From Anolis carolinensis (lineage: Eukaryota), in the NCBI RefSeq assembly GCF_035594765.1, contig NC_085844.1, positions 209,886,107-209,950,106 of the forward strand: a stretch of 64,000 bases of DNA, read 5' to 3'. The translations under genes and the position numbers were made by a program. Of the stretch, positions 11,487 through 22,764 are shown piece after piece. Every line of letters starts with the position of its first letter. Positions within the stretch are counted from its first letter, which is position 1. Under the pieces are notes generated by a model. It was given only the letters and a program-made list of their open reading frames with translations. It made no database searches and was not told where the DNA came from.

Positions 11487-11728
11487 TTCAAATATCTCAA
11501 AAAAACATACAGACAATCCTGATAAAAAAATCACAACCCCCACCCCAAAGTTCATGCCATAAATCTGGGAACTACGTAAGAACCAACTCTCATCCTTGTA
11601 ATCAGTTTGTTCTGCAGCGAAGGCAGCATCTAACACAGACTGATAGTTTCTGATTCACTATACACACGCAGCCGTGCATAGGCTTTAGACAGCTTTCTGG
11701 GTTTGGCAACACAAGGTCAAGGCGAGTC

Positions 11729-11855
11729 TCAGAAGTCCTGTTGGATGTTTTCTTTGTTGGCTTCCCCATGTTGCTGCTTAATTTGAGAAATTTCATTTTC
11801 CAGCTGCACAATAGTTCGTTCAATCTCATAGTTTTTACTGACAAGAGACACCCAA
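11729..11855 (-). CDS. BCAS2: BCAS2 exon 7 (coding part)
   Basis: [41 protein letters not shown]-stop, with tccag acceptor. Confidence 0.95.
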
Positions 11856-12855
11856 CTGGAGGAAAAAAAGAAAAATACACTTAAATCACTGTTTCCTTAA
11901 AGGTATGGCATTAACAAGAACATCAAATGGGAATAAGTGGGATACTAAAGAGATTCTGAATAGGGAGGGAAATGCATAGGATTGAAAAGAGAGCAACAAC
12001 TAGAGGGGAACAAAACCAAGACAGATATTTAACATGAATATATATATGTGTGTGTGTACACAGAAAGGAAGATGAGAAAAGACACGAGGAGATGGTTTCA
12101 AAATTATTACAGAACCAGTGATGAGCAGAAGTGGAAACCTATGCAGAGCAGGTGAATCAACTCTCTGCAAAAATCAGTACCTCATCACTGTTTTTCAATC
12201 AATGTTTTTCGTTCTCATGCTAAAGACCCATTTATCTTTGTCTGATCTTTGTTGCAGATGTCTATCCGTTTTCACTAAATTTGTTTTTAATGTAAACATA
12301 GTTGCTTATGTTTTAAACCAGAAAAAAGGTTTATCACTAGAGTATAAAGGACAAAGCAGACCAGTGTAGAAATCAGTATTTCTCATTATTTTGTATTTAT
12401 TTACTTCATTTATATCCCTCCCATCTCACCCCGAAGGGGACTCAGAGCGGCCTTACAAAATAGGCAGCAATTCGATGCCATAAATAAACATACAATAAAA
12501 TAGTTACATTAAAACCAAAGACATTAAAACAACACAATTTAAAACCAATTATTAAAATCACGCCATCCAGGCCACTTGTACATATTTTGACACATGTATG
12601 ATGTCTGCAATTGCAGCTATTTGGTGTAAGAGCACAAGATGTAATTCTGGTACACTCCAATGTGGTACACTATATGTGTTAGCTCAAGCTAACTTAAGTC
12701 TGCTTGGTTATTATAGGAAGAATGATATAGGAGGTATTTTAAAGAAATCTTTTCTGAAGAACTCGCAAACTTTCACCTATGATATATTTTGTAAAAATTA
12801 TTCATTGAACTTTATTTTTGCAGTCTGTAGAAACAGTGCTGCTTTTCTAAATACA

Positions 12856-12908
<53 letters not shown>

Positions 12909-15900
12909 ATATATATACAGTAGAGTCTCACTAATCCAAGCTAAACGGGCCAGCAGAAGCTTGGATAAACGAATATCTTGGATTATAAGGACTGATCAAG
13001 GAAAAGCCTATTAAACATCAAATTAGGTTATGATTTTACAAATTAAGCACCAAAACTTCATGTTATACAACAAATTTGACAGAAAAAGTAGTTCAATACA
13101 CAGTAATGTCATGTTGTAATTACTGTATTTATGAATTTAGCACCAAAATATCATGATATATTGGAAACATTGACTACAAAAATGGCTTGGATTATCCAAA
13201 GGCTTGGATAAGCGAGGCTTGGATTAGTGAGACTCTACTGTATATATATATTTTCTATGACCACACACATAAGGATCAGTTCTGCAATGACACTGTCTTC
13301 AATCACTGAACAAAGCATACATGTCAAAGAATGTGTCTTGCTGCTTCTCAACTGAGTAACACAGATACACTTATTGAGCAGCTTCTAGAGACAGAAAAAA
13401 ATGCAGTGTTAAGTTCTATATACTTACGTTGATTCCATCTCCCGAAGTTTAGCACCTGCTGTGAGCTGCATGTTCTTCCGTTGCCAGTTAAGGTCCTGAA
13501 TGTGTTTTCTACAAGAAAAATACAACAAGGAAAATCACTTCTAGAAAATGTACGGAGTCAGAAGCCTTCTGGTTTACCATCATGACCAATCCACATACCC
13601 AGAGCCATGCTGAAAACAAGTATACTTTGAGAACTACTGAGCAAGTTAGAACAATCAGATCTAAATGAATAACTAAGTTTGATAAGTAGAATATAAGTTA
13701 GGGTTAATGAAATTCTAGCCAGCAGAAATCCAGAATCTGACCTGCACCTACTAACAGGTTTAGTACACGTTGCAATAAACCAATACATTCAGCAACTTTT
13801 GGAAAGCTGCAAAATTCCTGCAATAAACCCACACCTCCTATGATCCAAAATGAAAGCAAATTTGTGAATACCAAAATGCTTATTTTATCTGCACAAACCC
13901 ACGTATATATCCATATAGAATTCCAGATATAGACTTTACTAGAACGCAAATTCTAGTCAACAAAACTCACATATATTGAGATCCCAATTCTTCTAATTCA
14001 GAGAGAAAAGGCTGAACTTACCTCAAACTCTGTAACTCTTTCTGTGCCTGTTCAATCATATGAACTAAATGCCTGCAAAAAAATTACATAAAATAAATAT
14101 TTAACGATAACAAAGTAAAGTGGGCCACTGATATACATTTGCCAGCATACATATAGGGCCTTGCTAGTTAACCAAAATCAGACTTTGAACTCAATTTTCC
14201 TGTTTATCTTTAAGTGAATTGTACTTTTCTTCATACACAGAATAAATGAAAAAATCCCATTAAATGTAATAGAAATACATATGACATGTGGCAGTCATAT
14301 TTCATTTTTATTTAGTTCTTCCATTATAGTGTTCCTTTAACATGTCAAATAAACAAACCATTTTATATAGGTGAAAGACAGCAATCACAAAACTATTATT
14401 TCAATGTGAAATAACTAGCACTTATTAAATTTCTTTCTTCTCCCCCTCCAGATTTGTGTTCTCACAAATGTTTGTTTAATCTTCCCAGTTCAAACATGTT
14501 AGAATGACTTTAATGTTAAACATCAGCTTTTAAAATGAAGTGCCAACAAGCAACAAGATACTTATCCTTGACTTGCAATATGGGTCTCTAAACAAACAAG
14601 TTCCGGTCTCAGTAACTAAAATGTGCCACACCCTCCACACTATAGCCAAGATAGTATTGCATATAAAATGATCTCTTAGAGTGGTTTATTATTTGTCACA
14701 TTGGTAACTCATACTGGGATGTAGAAAAGGCAACTACGACCACACAGAGAACTGGAAACAATTATAAATCTGGTGTGGGAGTCATGTAACCCGCCAAATG
14801 CCTCCAAAAACTTCAGAATATCACACCTTCTGACTATCAATTTGGAACGCAAATGTACCACAGGCAGCTTTTCAAGCAACTCCTGGATACTATGAAAAAC
14901 TTACTCATTATATACTTTCCAAGCATTGCAGCCATACTGAGACATCAACTCCAAATTCTCAATTCGAACTGCCTGGTGTTCCAGCTGAGCCATTGAGTTA
15001 TTAACACATTCTTGCCATGCTGTGATGTCATTCTTCTGCCCAGAAGAGGGTGCAGGCAGCTCATACCTGAAGTCAGAGCAAGAGAAAGATCGCCGCCATC
15101 AAACAAAAATGCAGGTCTTGGATGTTTTAATTTGCCACACGAATTCTGATCATGACTCATTTGTATTACCAAAAATATTCATATTCTCAGCTTTGAGCAA
15201 CAATGTTTTAAGAGCTAAATATTATTTAAAACTGAAGATTACAGTAACAGACATATGCATTCTGAATTGCACAAGAATCACTCAAAGTCTGCTGTCTTCA
15301 ACATAATTATACTTAAGGAACAAAACCTTAGATCTTATTTTATTAGAGTAGACTGACACCATGGGGCCAGAACCGGAATAGCAATTTTTAAATATTTTTT
15401 TCTCAAAGCCTTGGATTTTTCAACATTTTGCCTTAGCATGGGTGGTGCACTTTACTTCAGAATTTGATACTTACCTCTTCATACTCAGCAGTTCTATGGG
15501 TTGTCGGGCTGCAAGACGCTCAAACTCATTCCGCATTATTTCAGTCTATGAATCAAATTTACAGGGAATAGCTGAGGCCAGGAAGACATTGCATGGAAGA
15601 CTGTAATCATGATTACTTGTGAAAAACTTTTGACATCCCTAATTTAAATGCATACATGGACATGAACAATGGCAAACACTATTTTACCAACTGTAGCTAC
15701 TACTTACAGTAGGATAAATCCCTGTTGTACCTTCCTATAGATTCCTGACATAGTTTCAAATGACCCAAAGAATGAAATGTATATACACGTGTACAATTTT
15801 TAAAGCACGAATACTGTATTACTACTATATTCTTATGGTTCTTGTGATAGGTTTCTGTTGAAACACTTCACCACTCTTTCTTTGTATGCCCTAAATATGA

Positions 15901-18900
15901 TAGTATACAGAGGAAATATAGGAATTCCAATTTTTTTCAGTGTTCTCAATGGCAAGGGTGTTATAAAATTCCGTACCTTTTAAATAACCCAGATGCATTC
16001 TTTTGTAAGACTGTTGCAATACTAACTCCTATTAATGCTTTTTATCTGTACCTTCTTCTTGTTGTATATGCCTGTGTTGTGATTTTGTTGTGCATACCAA
16101 TAAAGGCTGTATTGCATATATTCTTTATGTACTTTTGCCTCCCCATTCAGATTATATATCCCTCCCCAAAATTATGAGCATAATTTTAAAATCTAAGTAG
16201 AATTACTCTAGTACACTTACCTTGGTAATTTTTCAGATTTTCACTCTATAGAAAAGGCCTGATTAGCATTATTCCTTGTAGTTCTTAAATTTAATACAAA
16301 CAACCTCAGCATTATTAAACTTTCAAAACAAGTTTCCAGAAAAATAATTGGCTTTACTTTTGTGTTGCACTTCAAATGAGTAATTTTCAGTTGACAAATG
16401 ATTTGAAACACTGGGAACAGATAGTACTGTACATATATTATGTGATATCCTTTCTATTAGAGGTTATCACTTGACATTATTGTTTTTCACAAGGCAGTTG
16501 TTTTATATTAGTTAATTCATGTAGTTCATTATCCTGAAATTGCCCATTTAAATCTTGCCTTTGTTCTACGATTTTATTCTATTTATTAAAAATATGTCAC
16601 AAAAATCCTATTCTGTCTGAGCTGATAGTTCCTCCAAAGACTTATGCATTTAATTCCATTGCACAATGTACAATGATAATAAAGTTATTCTATTCTAAAT
16701 ACACTTGTTTTTAAATTGTATTTGTTTAGGAGAGGAAAGTGGGATATAAATAAATACTATAATAACGTGCCAGGAGAAATTGGGATTTGTTTCATTATCC
16801 AAGCGGAGGGCAAAAGGGGGCGCTAGACAGAGGACAGTCTATTTAGGGGGGCGTTTGAAGAAGTGAAACCATCCCCCCCCCCCGGTTTCCTGTTATTCCC
16901 CCCACTCCTGTCGTCTTTGTGGAAACAACCCTCCTTTATTAAATGGGAAGTGGGGAGGAGGAATAATCAGTTATCCTTCAACTCCCCCCCCCCCCAATAA
17001 AATAGACAATCCTTCTCTGTCTAGCATCTCCCTTTGGACTCTGTCCAGATAATGGAGCAGTACCCAGATGTTTTTGGGGAGAAGGTGTTTGTTGCATCTC
17101 CATACATACACTATGGATACCCCTTCTATTAAAAGACATCATTTGACATTGGTGGCTTTTATATTAGTAAATTCATGTAGTTTATTACCCTGAAAGTGCC
17201 CATTTACACCTCTTTTTTGGCTCTAAATTCTTTTACTCTATTATTATAAGAGATTTAAATGTTTCATTGAAATAAAATATTACATCACAAATTAAATCCT
17301 TCTCTGTCTCAGCAGATAGTTTATACCACAATACACTTGTTTCCTTCCTGGAAGACCGTTCCTATAGGGTGATGATGGGGGACACCAGCTCGGATCTGCC
17401 AGGGAGGCTCTTCTCTCAGTCCTGCCTCCGTCTCAAGCGTGGTTGGTGGGGACAAGAGGGCCTTCCCAGTGGTGGCCCCCAGCTTTGGAACGTCCTCCCA
17501 ATGGAATTTAGGCAAGCCCCCACACTACAGCATTTTAGAAAAGAATTAAAAATGTGGCTGTTTCAAGCAGGTTTTTCACACTGTTTAAACAATAGCACCA
17601 CACACCATTTAAGGCAGTGGTTCTCAACCTGTGAGTGTTTTGGCCTACAACTCCCAGAAATCCCAGCCAGTTTACAAGCTGTTAGGATTTCTGGGAGTTG
17701 AAGGCCAAAACATCTGGGGACCTACACGTTGAGAACCACTAGTTAAGGTAATACAGTTGAGATGCTGAACTGTTGTATGGATCTTTTAATTATGGCTACG
17801 ACTATATTTTACTCTGTCTATTTAATTGAGTTCGCTTTTATTAATTGTATATCTTCATTTTTTATCCATTGTGTTTTGAGTGATATATTGTCATATTGTA
17901 TATGTTCTGGCACTAAGCAAAGACCACTAACATTGAAGCGATGCTCTTATGCCATGAACTCCGATGGACTGGCCACGTTGTCTAAATGTCCGATCACCGC
18001 CTCCCAAAGCAGTTACTATACTTCCAACCCATGAACAGAAAATGGAATGCTGGTGAACAGGAAAAGAGATTTGAAGATGGCCTTAAAGCTAACCTTAAAA
18101 ACTGTGGCATAGACACCGAGAACTGGTAAGACCTGGCCCTTGAGCGCTCTAGCTAGAGGTCAGCTGTGATCAGTGGTGCTGTGAAATTCAAAGAGGCATG
18201 AATGGAGGGCGAAAGGGAGAAACATGCCAAGAAGAAGGCACATCAAGCCAACCCTGATCAGGACCACCTTCCACCTGGAAACCAATGTCTTCACTGTGGA
18301 AGAACATGCAGGTCAAGAATAGGGCTCCACAGTCACCTACGCATCCACTGCGAGGACACTAGAACTGGAAAATACTCAGACAATGAGGGATCGCCTAAGT
18401 AGTGTCATCGTGTAAGTCCCTATAGGAGATGGAGACAGGGTACAAGGCTTATTATTATTATTATTATGAAATTATGTTTAATATATTTATAAATTATTAT
18501 TAAATTGTGTTTAGGAAAAGAAAGTGGGGTAAAAATAAATGGAACAACAACAAGGAGCAGAAAGAACCTGCTGGGGAAGATGGTGTTTGTTTTTGGAGTC
18601 TCATTTGTCAAGAGAAAAAGTGGGGTGTAAACATTATAATAATATCACACCAATGCATCCACAATGTCTATGCTTTGCATAGGAGCGGGAATCCTACGGC
18701 ACCTCCAAAGCAGTGCCTCCCAAACTCTAGTCTTATTTTGGACTTCAACTCCCAGAAGCCTCTGCTGCCTTGCGATTTGATATGGGATTTTGGGAGTCGA
18801 AATCCAAAACTGCAGGTATCCACAACAGGCATGGGCAAACTTGGGCCTTTTGGACTCCAACTCCCACCATTTCTAACAACCTCAGGCCCTTTCCTTTCCC

Positions 18901-19300
18901 CCCTCAGCCGCTTAAGCCTAAGGCTGTTAGGAATGGTGGGAGTTGGGAGTCCAAAACACCGGGAGGGAAGGCCCATGTCTGCCCTACAACAATTAAAGAG
19001 GCCCTCATACTCCTAGACCAGGCCTTGCTCACCTCGAAAGCGCCGTAGTCCGGCGCCGGTAGGTAGCTGAGGTAGTTCTTGGTGGGCCTGTACCGCCGCG
19101 TCTCCTCCTCGACCAGCGCCCCGGCCTGGAGAGACAGCAGATAGGGGCTCAGCTCTCCAACCCTAACCCTTACCCCTCGCCCGCCCACCCGCTGGCGCCC
19201 CACTCACCGCCTCCCGTACGCCGGCCGCCTCGTAGCCTTGGTCGAAGTAAGGCAGCGCATCGACGGCCACCTCGCCTGCCACCAGGCCCGGCCCCGACAT
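11729..19300 (-). CDS. BCAS2: BCAS2 / SPF27 pre-mRNA splicing factor (PRP19-CDC5L complex), 7 coding exons, 225 aa
   Basis: Exons 19208-19300, 19033-19125, 15475-15545, 14905-15066, 14022-14072, 13428-13508 and 11729-11855 sum to 678 nt with GT-AG introns. Protein [24 protein letters not shown]...[10 protein letters not shown] matches recalled BCAS2. Confidence 0.97.
12392..12575 (-). mobile_element. L2/SINE 3' tail fragment
   Basis: Reverse complement of gccgctctgagtccccttcggggtgagatggg...ataaat, the tail shared with the SINEs at 46000 and 61315. Confidence 0.65.
12856..12917. repeat. (CT)n / (CTAT)n / (TA)n microsatellite
   Basis: Seen directly. Confidence 0.9.
12918..13240. mobile_element. 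Tc1/mariner-superfamily MITE
   Basis: TIRs cagtagagtctcactaatccaagc / gcttggattagtgagactctactg with TA TSD. Second copy at 50839-51145. Confidence 0.9.
13428..13508 (-). CDS. BCAS2: BCAS2 exon 6
   Basis: [26 protein letters not shown], 81 nt, ag/gt boundaries. Confidence 0.95.
14022..14072 (-). CDS. BCAS2: BCAS2 exon 5
   Basis: [16 protein letters not shown], 51 nt, ag/gt boundaries. Confidence 0.95.
14905..15066 (-). CDS. BCAS2: BCAS2 exon 4
   Basis: [53 protein letters not shown], 162 nt. Confidence 0.95.
15475..15545 (-). CDS. BCAS2: BCAS2 exon 3
   Basis: [23 protein letters not shown], 71 nt. Confidence 0.95.
16792..17056. mobile_element. Degenerate palindromic MITE-like element
   Basis: Imperfect inverted ends (cattatc...gctagacagagg...gtctattt vs aaatagac...ctctgtctagc...gataatg). 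Confidence 0.4.
17340..17585 (+). mobile_element. L2 3' coding fragment (degraded)
   Basis: [31 protein letters not shown] is homologous to the L2 C-terminus at about 6140-6235. Confidence 0.75.
17615..17740. mobile_element. Short hAT MITE
   Basis: TIR cagtggttctcaacc / gttgagaaccact. Near-perfect 8-bp TSD ATTTAAGG/AGTTAAGG. Same family as 41668-41802. Confidence 0.8.
17915..18402 (+). mobile_element. RTE-clade LINE 3' fragment (degraded)
   Basis: [19 protein letters not shown] motif and C-terminal [21 protein letters not shown], typical of RTE ORF ends. Confidence 0.8.
18826..18981. mobile_element. hAT-type MITE (degraded)
   Basis: caggcatgggcaaact ... gcccatgtctg ends with an internal inverted repeat. 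Related copy at about 20128-20231. Confidence 0.6.
19033..19125 (-). CDS. BCAS2: BCAS2 exon 2
   Basis: [31 protein letters not shown], 93 nt. Confidence 0.96.
19208..19300 (-). CDS. BCAS2: BCAS2 exon 1 (coding part)
   Basis: ATG at 19300. [31 protein letters not shown], with gtgagt donor. Confidence 0.96.
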
Positions 19301-19440
19301 ACTGCTCCTGCTCCTCCTCACGCCGGCGGCCGAAATCTCAACGCGCCTGCGCTGGAGCCGGTCCCGCGACTGCGCCTGCGCAAACGCTGCGACCCAGCGC
19401 ATGCGCAAAACGTGACGGCCAATTATTGGGAGGTGCGAGT
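19301..19440 (-). promoter_or_regulatory. BCAS2 CpG-island promoter with NRF1, CRE-half and CCAAT motifs
   Basis: GCGCCTGCGC 19343-19352, TGCGCCTGCGCA 19371-19382, GCGCATGCGCA 19397-19407, TGACG at about 19413, CCAAT/ATTGG 19419-19429. CpG-rich from about 19030. Confidence 0.75.
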
Positions 19441-19493
19441 TTCCTGGGCTCACTCCTTCCACTAGAGGCTTCTTTTATTTTTTACCAACCTGT

Positions 19494-20090
19494 AAATGAA
19501 AGGCACTGCAGACTCACTCAGCCAGAGAAGTCAGCCATAGCAGAGCACTTGATGAACAAACCTGGACACAGCATATTATTTGGGAACGCAGGAATGCTGG
19601 ACCATTAACACCATGTCAGACGACACAGAGAAGCCATTGAAATCCTCAAGCATGTAGACCATTTCAACAGAAAGGAGAAAACTGACTACTGGTATTTTTT
19701 TTTTAAAAAAAACCCCTCTAAAATCAGGACAGTAAACAACACTCTGAAAATGGGAATTCCAGACAAGAAACAATCAGGGCCAGCTAACACCTCCCAACAA
19801 AGGATTCCCCCAGGCAGGAAGAAGCCAAATGTTGAAGGTGCAAGGCCATTCAGTGCTAATCATGGTGATTAGCATTGAACATTCACACTTACCTCCAACA
19901 GACAAGAGTTCTTTCCTCCAACCTGGACTTTCCAGATATATAAACCCCACTTGCCTCGTTTCCAACATACCTCAGAACCTCGGAGGATGCTTGCCATAGA
20001 TGCAGGTGATACGTCAGGAGAGAATGCTTCTGGAACATGACCATATAGCTTGGAAAACTCACAGCAACCCAGTGATTCTGGCCATGAAAG
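19494..20090 (+). mobile_element. Penelope-like element 3' fragment (degraded)
   Basis: [28 protein letters not shown] is homologous to the GIY-YIG C-terminus at 37820-38050. The pLTR has a mutated hammerhead core. Confidence 0.85.
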
Positions 20091-20127
20091 ACAACACAAC
20101 CTGTAAATGGTCAAATAATGTCTAGAC

Positions 20128-20231
20128 CTGCATTAAGTGGCTGGGGGGGGGGAGGGGCCTGAGACTGTTAGGAATTGTGGGAGTCAAAGTCCAAAACACC
20201 AGGAGGGAAGGCCAAAGTTTGCCCATGCCTG
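20128..20231. mobile_element. hAT MITE, internally deleted
   Basis: 3' TIR agtttgcccatgcctg. Flanking GTCTAGAC/GTTTAGAC TSD-like 8-mers. Confidence 0.55.
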
Positions 20232-20444
20232 GTTTAGACATTCTTTGATTCCATTATGAAATTAGTATGTTGAAGGTTTATGTATCGTCACTTGTACTAT
20301 TTTTAGTGTTGTGAGCCGCACTGACTCTTGTTAAGAGAAGAAAGCAAAATATAAATAAAAATAATCATCACAATCAACAGCCAAAAGGAATGTCATTGAG
20401 CAAGAAGGAGGACTATGTGACAACTGGAGCATTATTGTTATTAA

Positions 20445-22363
20445 CAGGGCCGGCCCCACTCATGCGGCAGCTGACGCCGCCGCCTCGGGCGCAGGCCCGG
20501 GGGGGCGCCGTCAGGCTGGGCGGGAGGCGGGGCACCGCCCTGACGGTGCCCCGCCTCCCGCCCAGTGCGCCCTGGCCCGTCTGGCCTGCTAGAAAAGGCC
20601 AGACGGGCGAGCGGGGGTAACGTGGGAGGCGGGGCCAGCTCTGACGCCGCCCCCCCCGCCCAGCGTGCCCTGGCCCCGCCTCCCACGTTGCGTGGGGCAG
20701 GGCCAAGGCACGCTGGGCGGGGGGGGGGGGGGAGCGGCGTCAGAGCTGGCCCCGCCTCCCACGTTACCCCCGCTCGCCCGTCTGGCCTGCTACACAAGGC
20801 CAGACGGGCGAGCGGGGGTAACGTGGGAGGCGGGGCCAGCTCTGACGCCGCCCCCCCCGCCCAGCGTGCCCTGGCCCCGCCTCCCACGTTGCGTGGGGCA
20901 GGGCCAAGGCACGCTGGGCGGGGGGGGGGGAGCGGCGTCAGAGCTGGCCCCGCCTCCCACGTTACCCCCGCTCGCCCGTCTGGCCTGCTACACAAGGCCA
21001 GACGGGCGAGCGGGGGTAACGTGGGAGGCGGGGCCAGCTCTGACGCCGCCCCCCCGCCCAGCGTGCCCTGGCCCCGCCTCCCACGTTGCGTGGGGCAGGG
21101 CCAAGGCACGCTGGGCGGGGGGGGGGGGGAGCGGCGTCAGAGCTGGCCCCGCCTCCCACGTTACCCCCGCTCGCCCGTCTGGCCTGCTACACAAGGCCAG
21201 ACGGGCGAGCGGGGGTAACGTGGGAGGCGGGGCCAGCTCTGACGCCGCCCCCCCCGCCCAGCGTGCCCTGGCCCCGCCTCCCACGTTGCGTGGGGCAGGG
21301 CCAAGGCACGCTGGGCGGGGGGGGGGGGGAGCGGCGTCAGAGCTGGCCCCGCCTCCCACGTTACCCCCGCTCGCCCGTCTGGCCTGCTACACAAGGCCAG
21401 ACGGGCGAGCGGGGGTAACGTGGGAGGCGGGGCCAGCTCTGACGCCGCCCCCCCGCCCAGCGTGCCCTGGCCCCGCCTCCCACGTTGCGTGGGGCAGGGC
21501 CAAGGCACGCTGGGCGGGGGGGGGGGGAGCGGCGTCAGAGCTGGCCCCGCCTCCCACGTTACCCCCGCTCGCCCGTCTGGCCTGCTACACAAGGCCAGAC
21601 GGGCGAGCGGGGGTAACGTGGGAGGCGGGGCCAGCTCTGACGCCGCCCCCCCCGCCCAGCGTGCCCTGGCCCCGCCTCCCACGTTGCGTGGGAGGCAGGG
21701 CCAAGGCACGCTGGGCGGGGGGGGGGGGGAGCGGCGTCAGAGCTCGCCCCGCCTCCCACGTTACCCCCGCTCGCCCGTCTGGCCTGCTACACAAGGCCAG
21801 ACGGGCGAGCGGGGGTAACGTGGGAGGCGGGGCCAGCTCTGACGCCGCCCCCCCCGCCCAGCGTGCCCTGGCCCCGCCTCCCACGTTGCGTGGGAGGCAG
21901 GGCCAAGGCACGCTGGGCGGGGGGGGGGGGGGGGAGCGGCGTCAGAGCTGGCCCCGCCTCCCACGTTACCCCCGCTCACCCGTCTGGCCTTTTGTAGCAG
22001 GCCAGACTCAGCGGAGGTTCCTCCAGGCCGCAATCGCGGCCTGGAGAAACCTCCGCTGAGTCTGGCCTGCTACACAAGGCCAGACGGGCGAGCGGGGGTA
22101 ACGTGGGAGGCGGGGCCAGCTCTGACGCCGCCCCCCCGCCCAGCGTGCCCTGGCCCCGCCTCCCACGCTGCGTGGGAGGCGGGGCCAGGGCACGGGGGGC
22201 GGGGCCAACTCTGGCCCCGCCCCCTCACTATTCGCCCTGGCCCCGCCTCCCACGCAGCGTGGGAGGCGGGGCCAGGGCACGCTGGGCGGGGCCAGGGCGC
22301 CGGTGGCGGGGGCGCTTTTCAGCGCCCCCGCTTTACATCAAAAAATATCTCCGGCCGGCCCTG
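20445..22363. mobile_element. Non-autonomous hAT transposon (Tip100-like termini) containing a GC-rich palindromic minisatellite
   Basis: TIRs CAGGGCCGGCC / GGCCGGCCCTG. Perfect 8-bp TSD GTTATTAA (20437-20444, 22364-22371). Confidence 0.9.
20575..22010. repeat. About 200-bp tandem repeat, about 7 units, each built of two inverted arms of about 100 bp
   Basis: The centre motif recurs at 20590, 20791, 20989, 21188, 21388, 21586 and 21788. Arms are reverse complements across the centres tggcctgctacacaaggcca and cccacgttgcgtggg. Confidence 0.92.
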
Positions 22364-22758
22364 GTTATTAACAATTGACAGATCGGGGCTGCTGGACAGC
22401 AATGTACAACGGGTGGACCCGCACTGTAGAATTAATTCAGATTGCCACCACTTTGACTGCCACAGTGCAATGTTGTGGAATCATGAGAGTTGCAGTTTTT
22501 GACAGAGAAAGCTAAAGACCCTGGGAGAGAAGATTAAGGACTTTGTAAAACTACAGCCCCCACAATTCTGCACAAACTACAGCTCTCGGATATTAACCGA
22601 TCACCACCCTTTTAAACACTTACATTATATTTCCAATGAAGCAATGAAGGACAGCCCCCACTCCTACTCTGATGGGCCTTTTCGGGAGACCAAAGGTGTG
22701 AAGAGCACTGATTTTCAGGACCAAGAGATTCAATGCCATACACAAAATTCCAGTACAT

Positions 22759-22764
22759 TTTATT
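22759..22764 (-). terminator. Putative DENND2C polyadenylation signal AATAAA (about 2.3-kb 3' UTR)
   Basis: TTTATT on the + strand at the end of an apparently repeat-free stretch (22740-25053) that follows the DENND2C stop. Confidence 0.55.

Noticed and set aside
20575-22010. Regularly spaced palindromic repeats resembling a CRISPR array
   Set aside because: There are no unique spacers (units are near-identical throughout), the context is vertebrate, and there are no cas genes.
20390-22378. Many long overlapping Pro/Gly/Ala/Arg-rich ORFs (up to 464 aa) on both strands
   Set aside because: They are a by-product of a stop-poor, GC-rich palindromic tandem repeat inside a hAT element. Frames shift with homopolymer length and no domain is recognisable.
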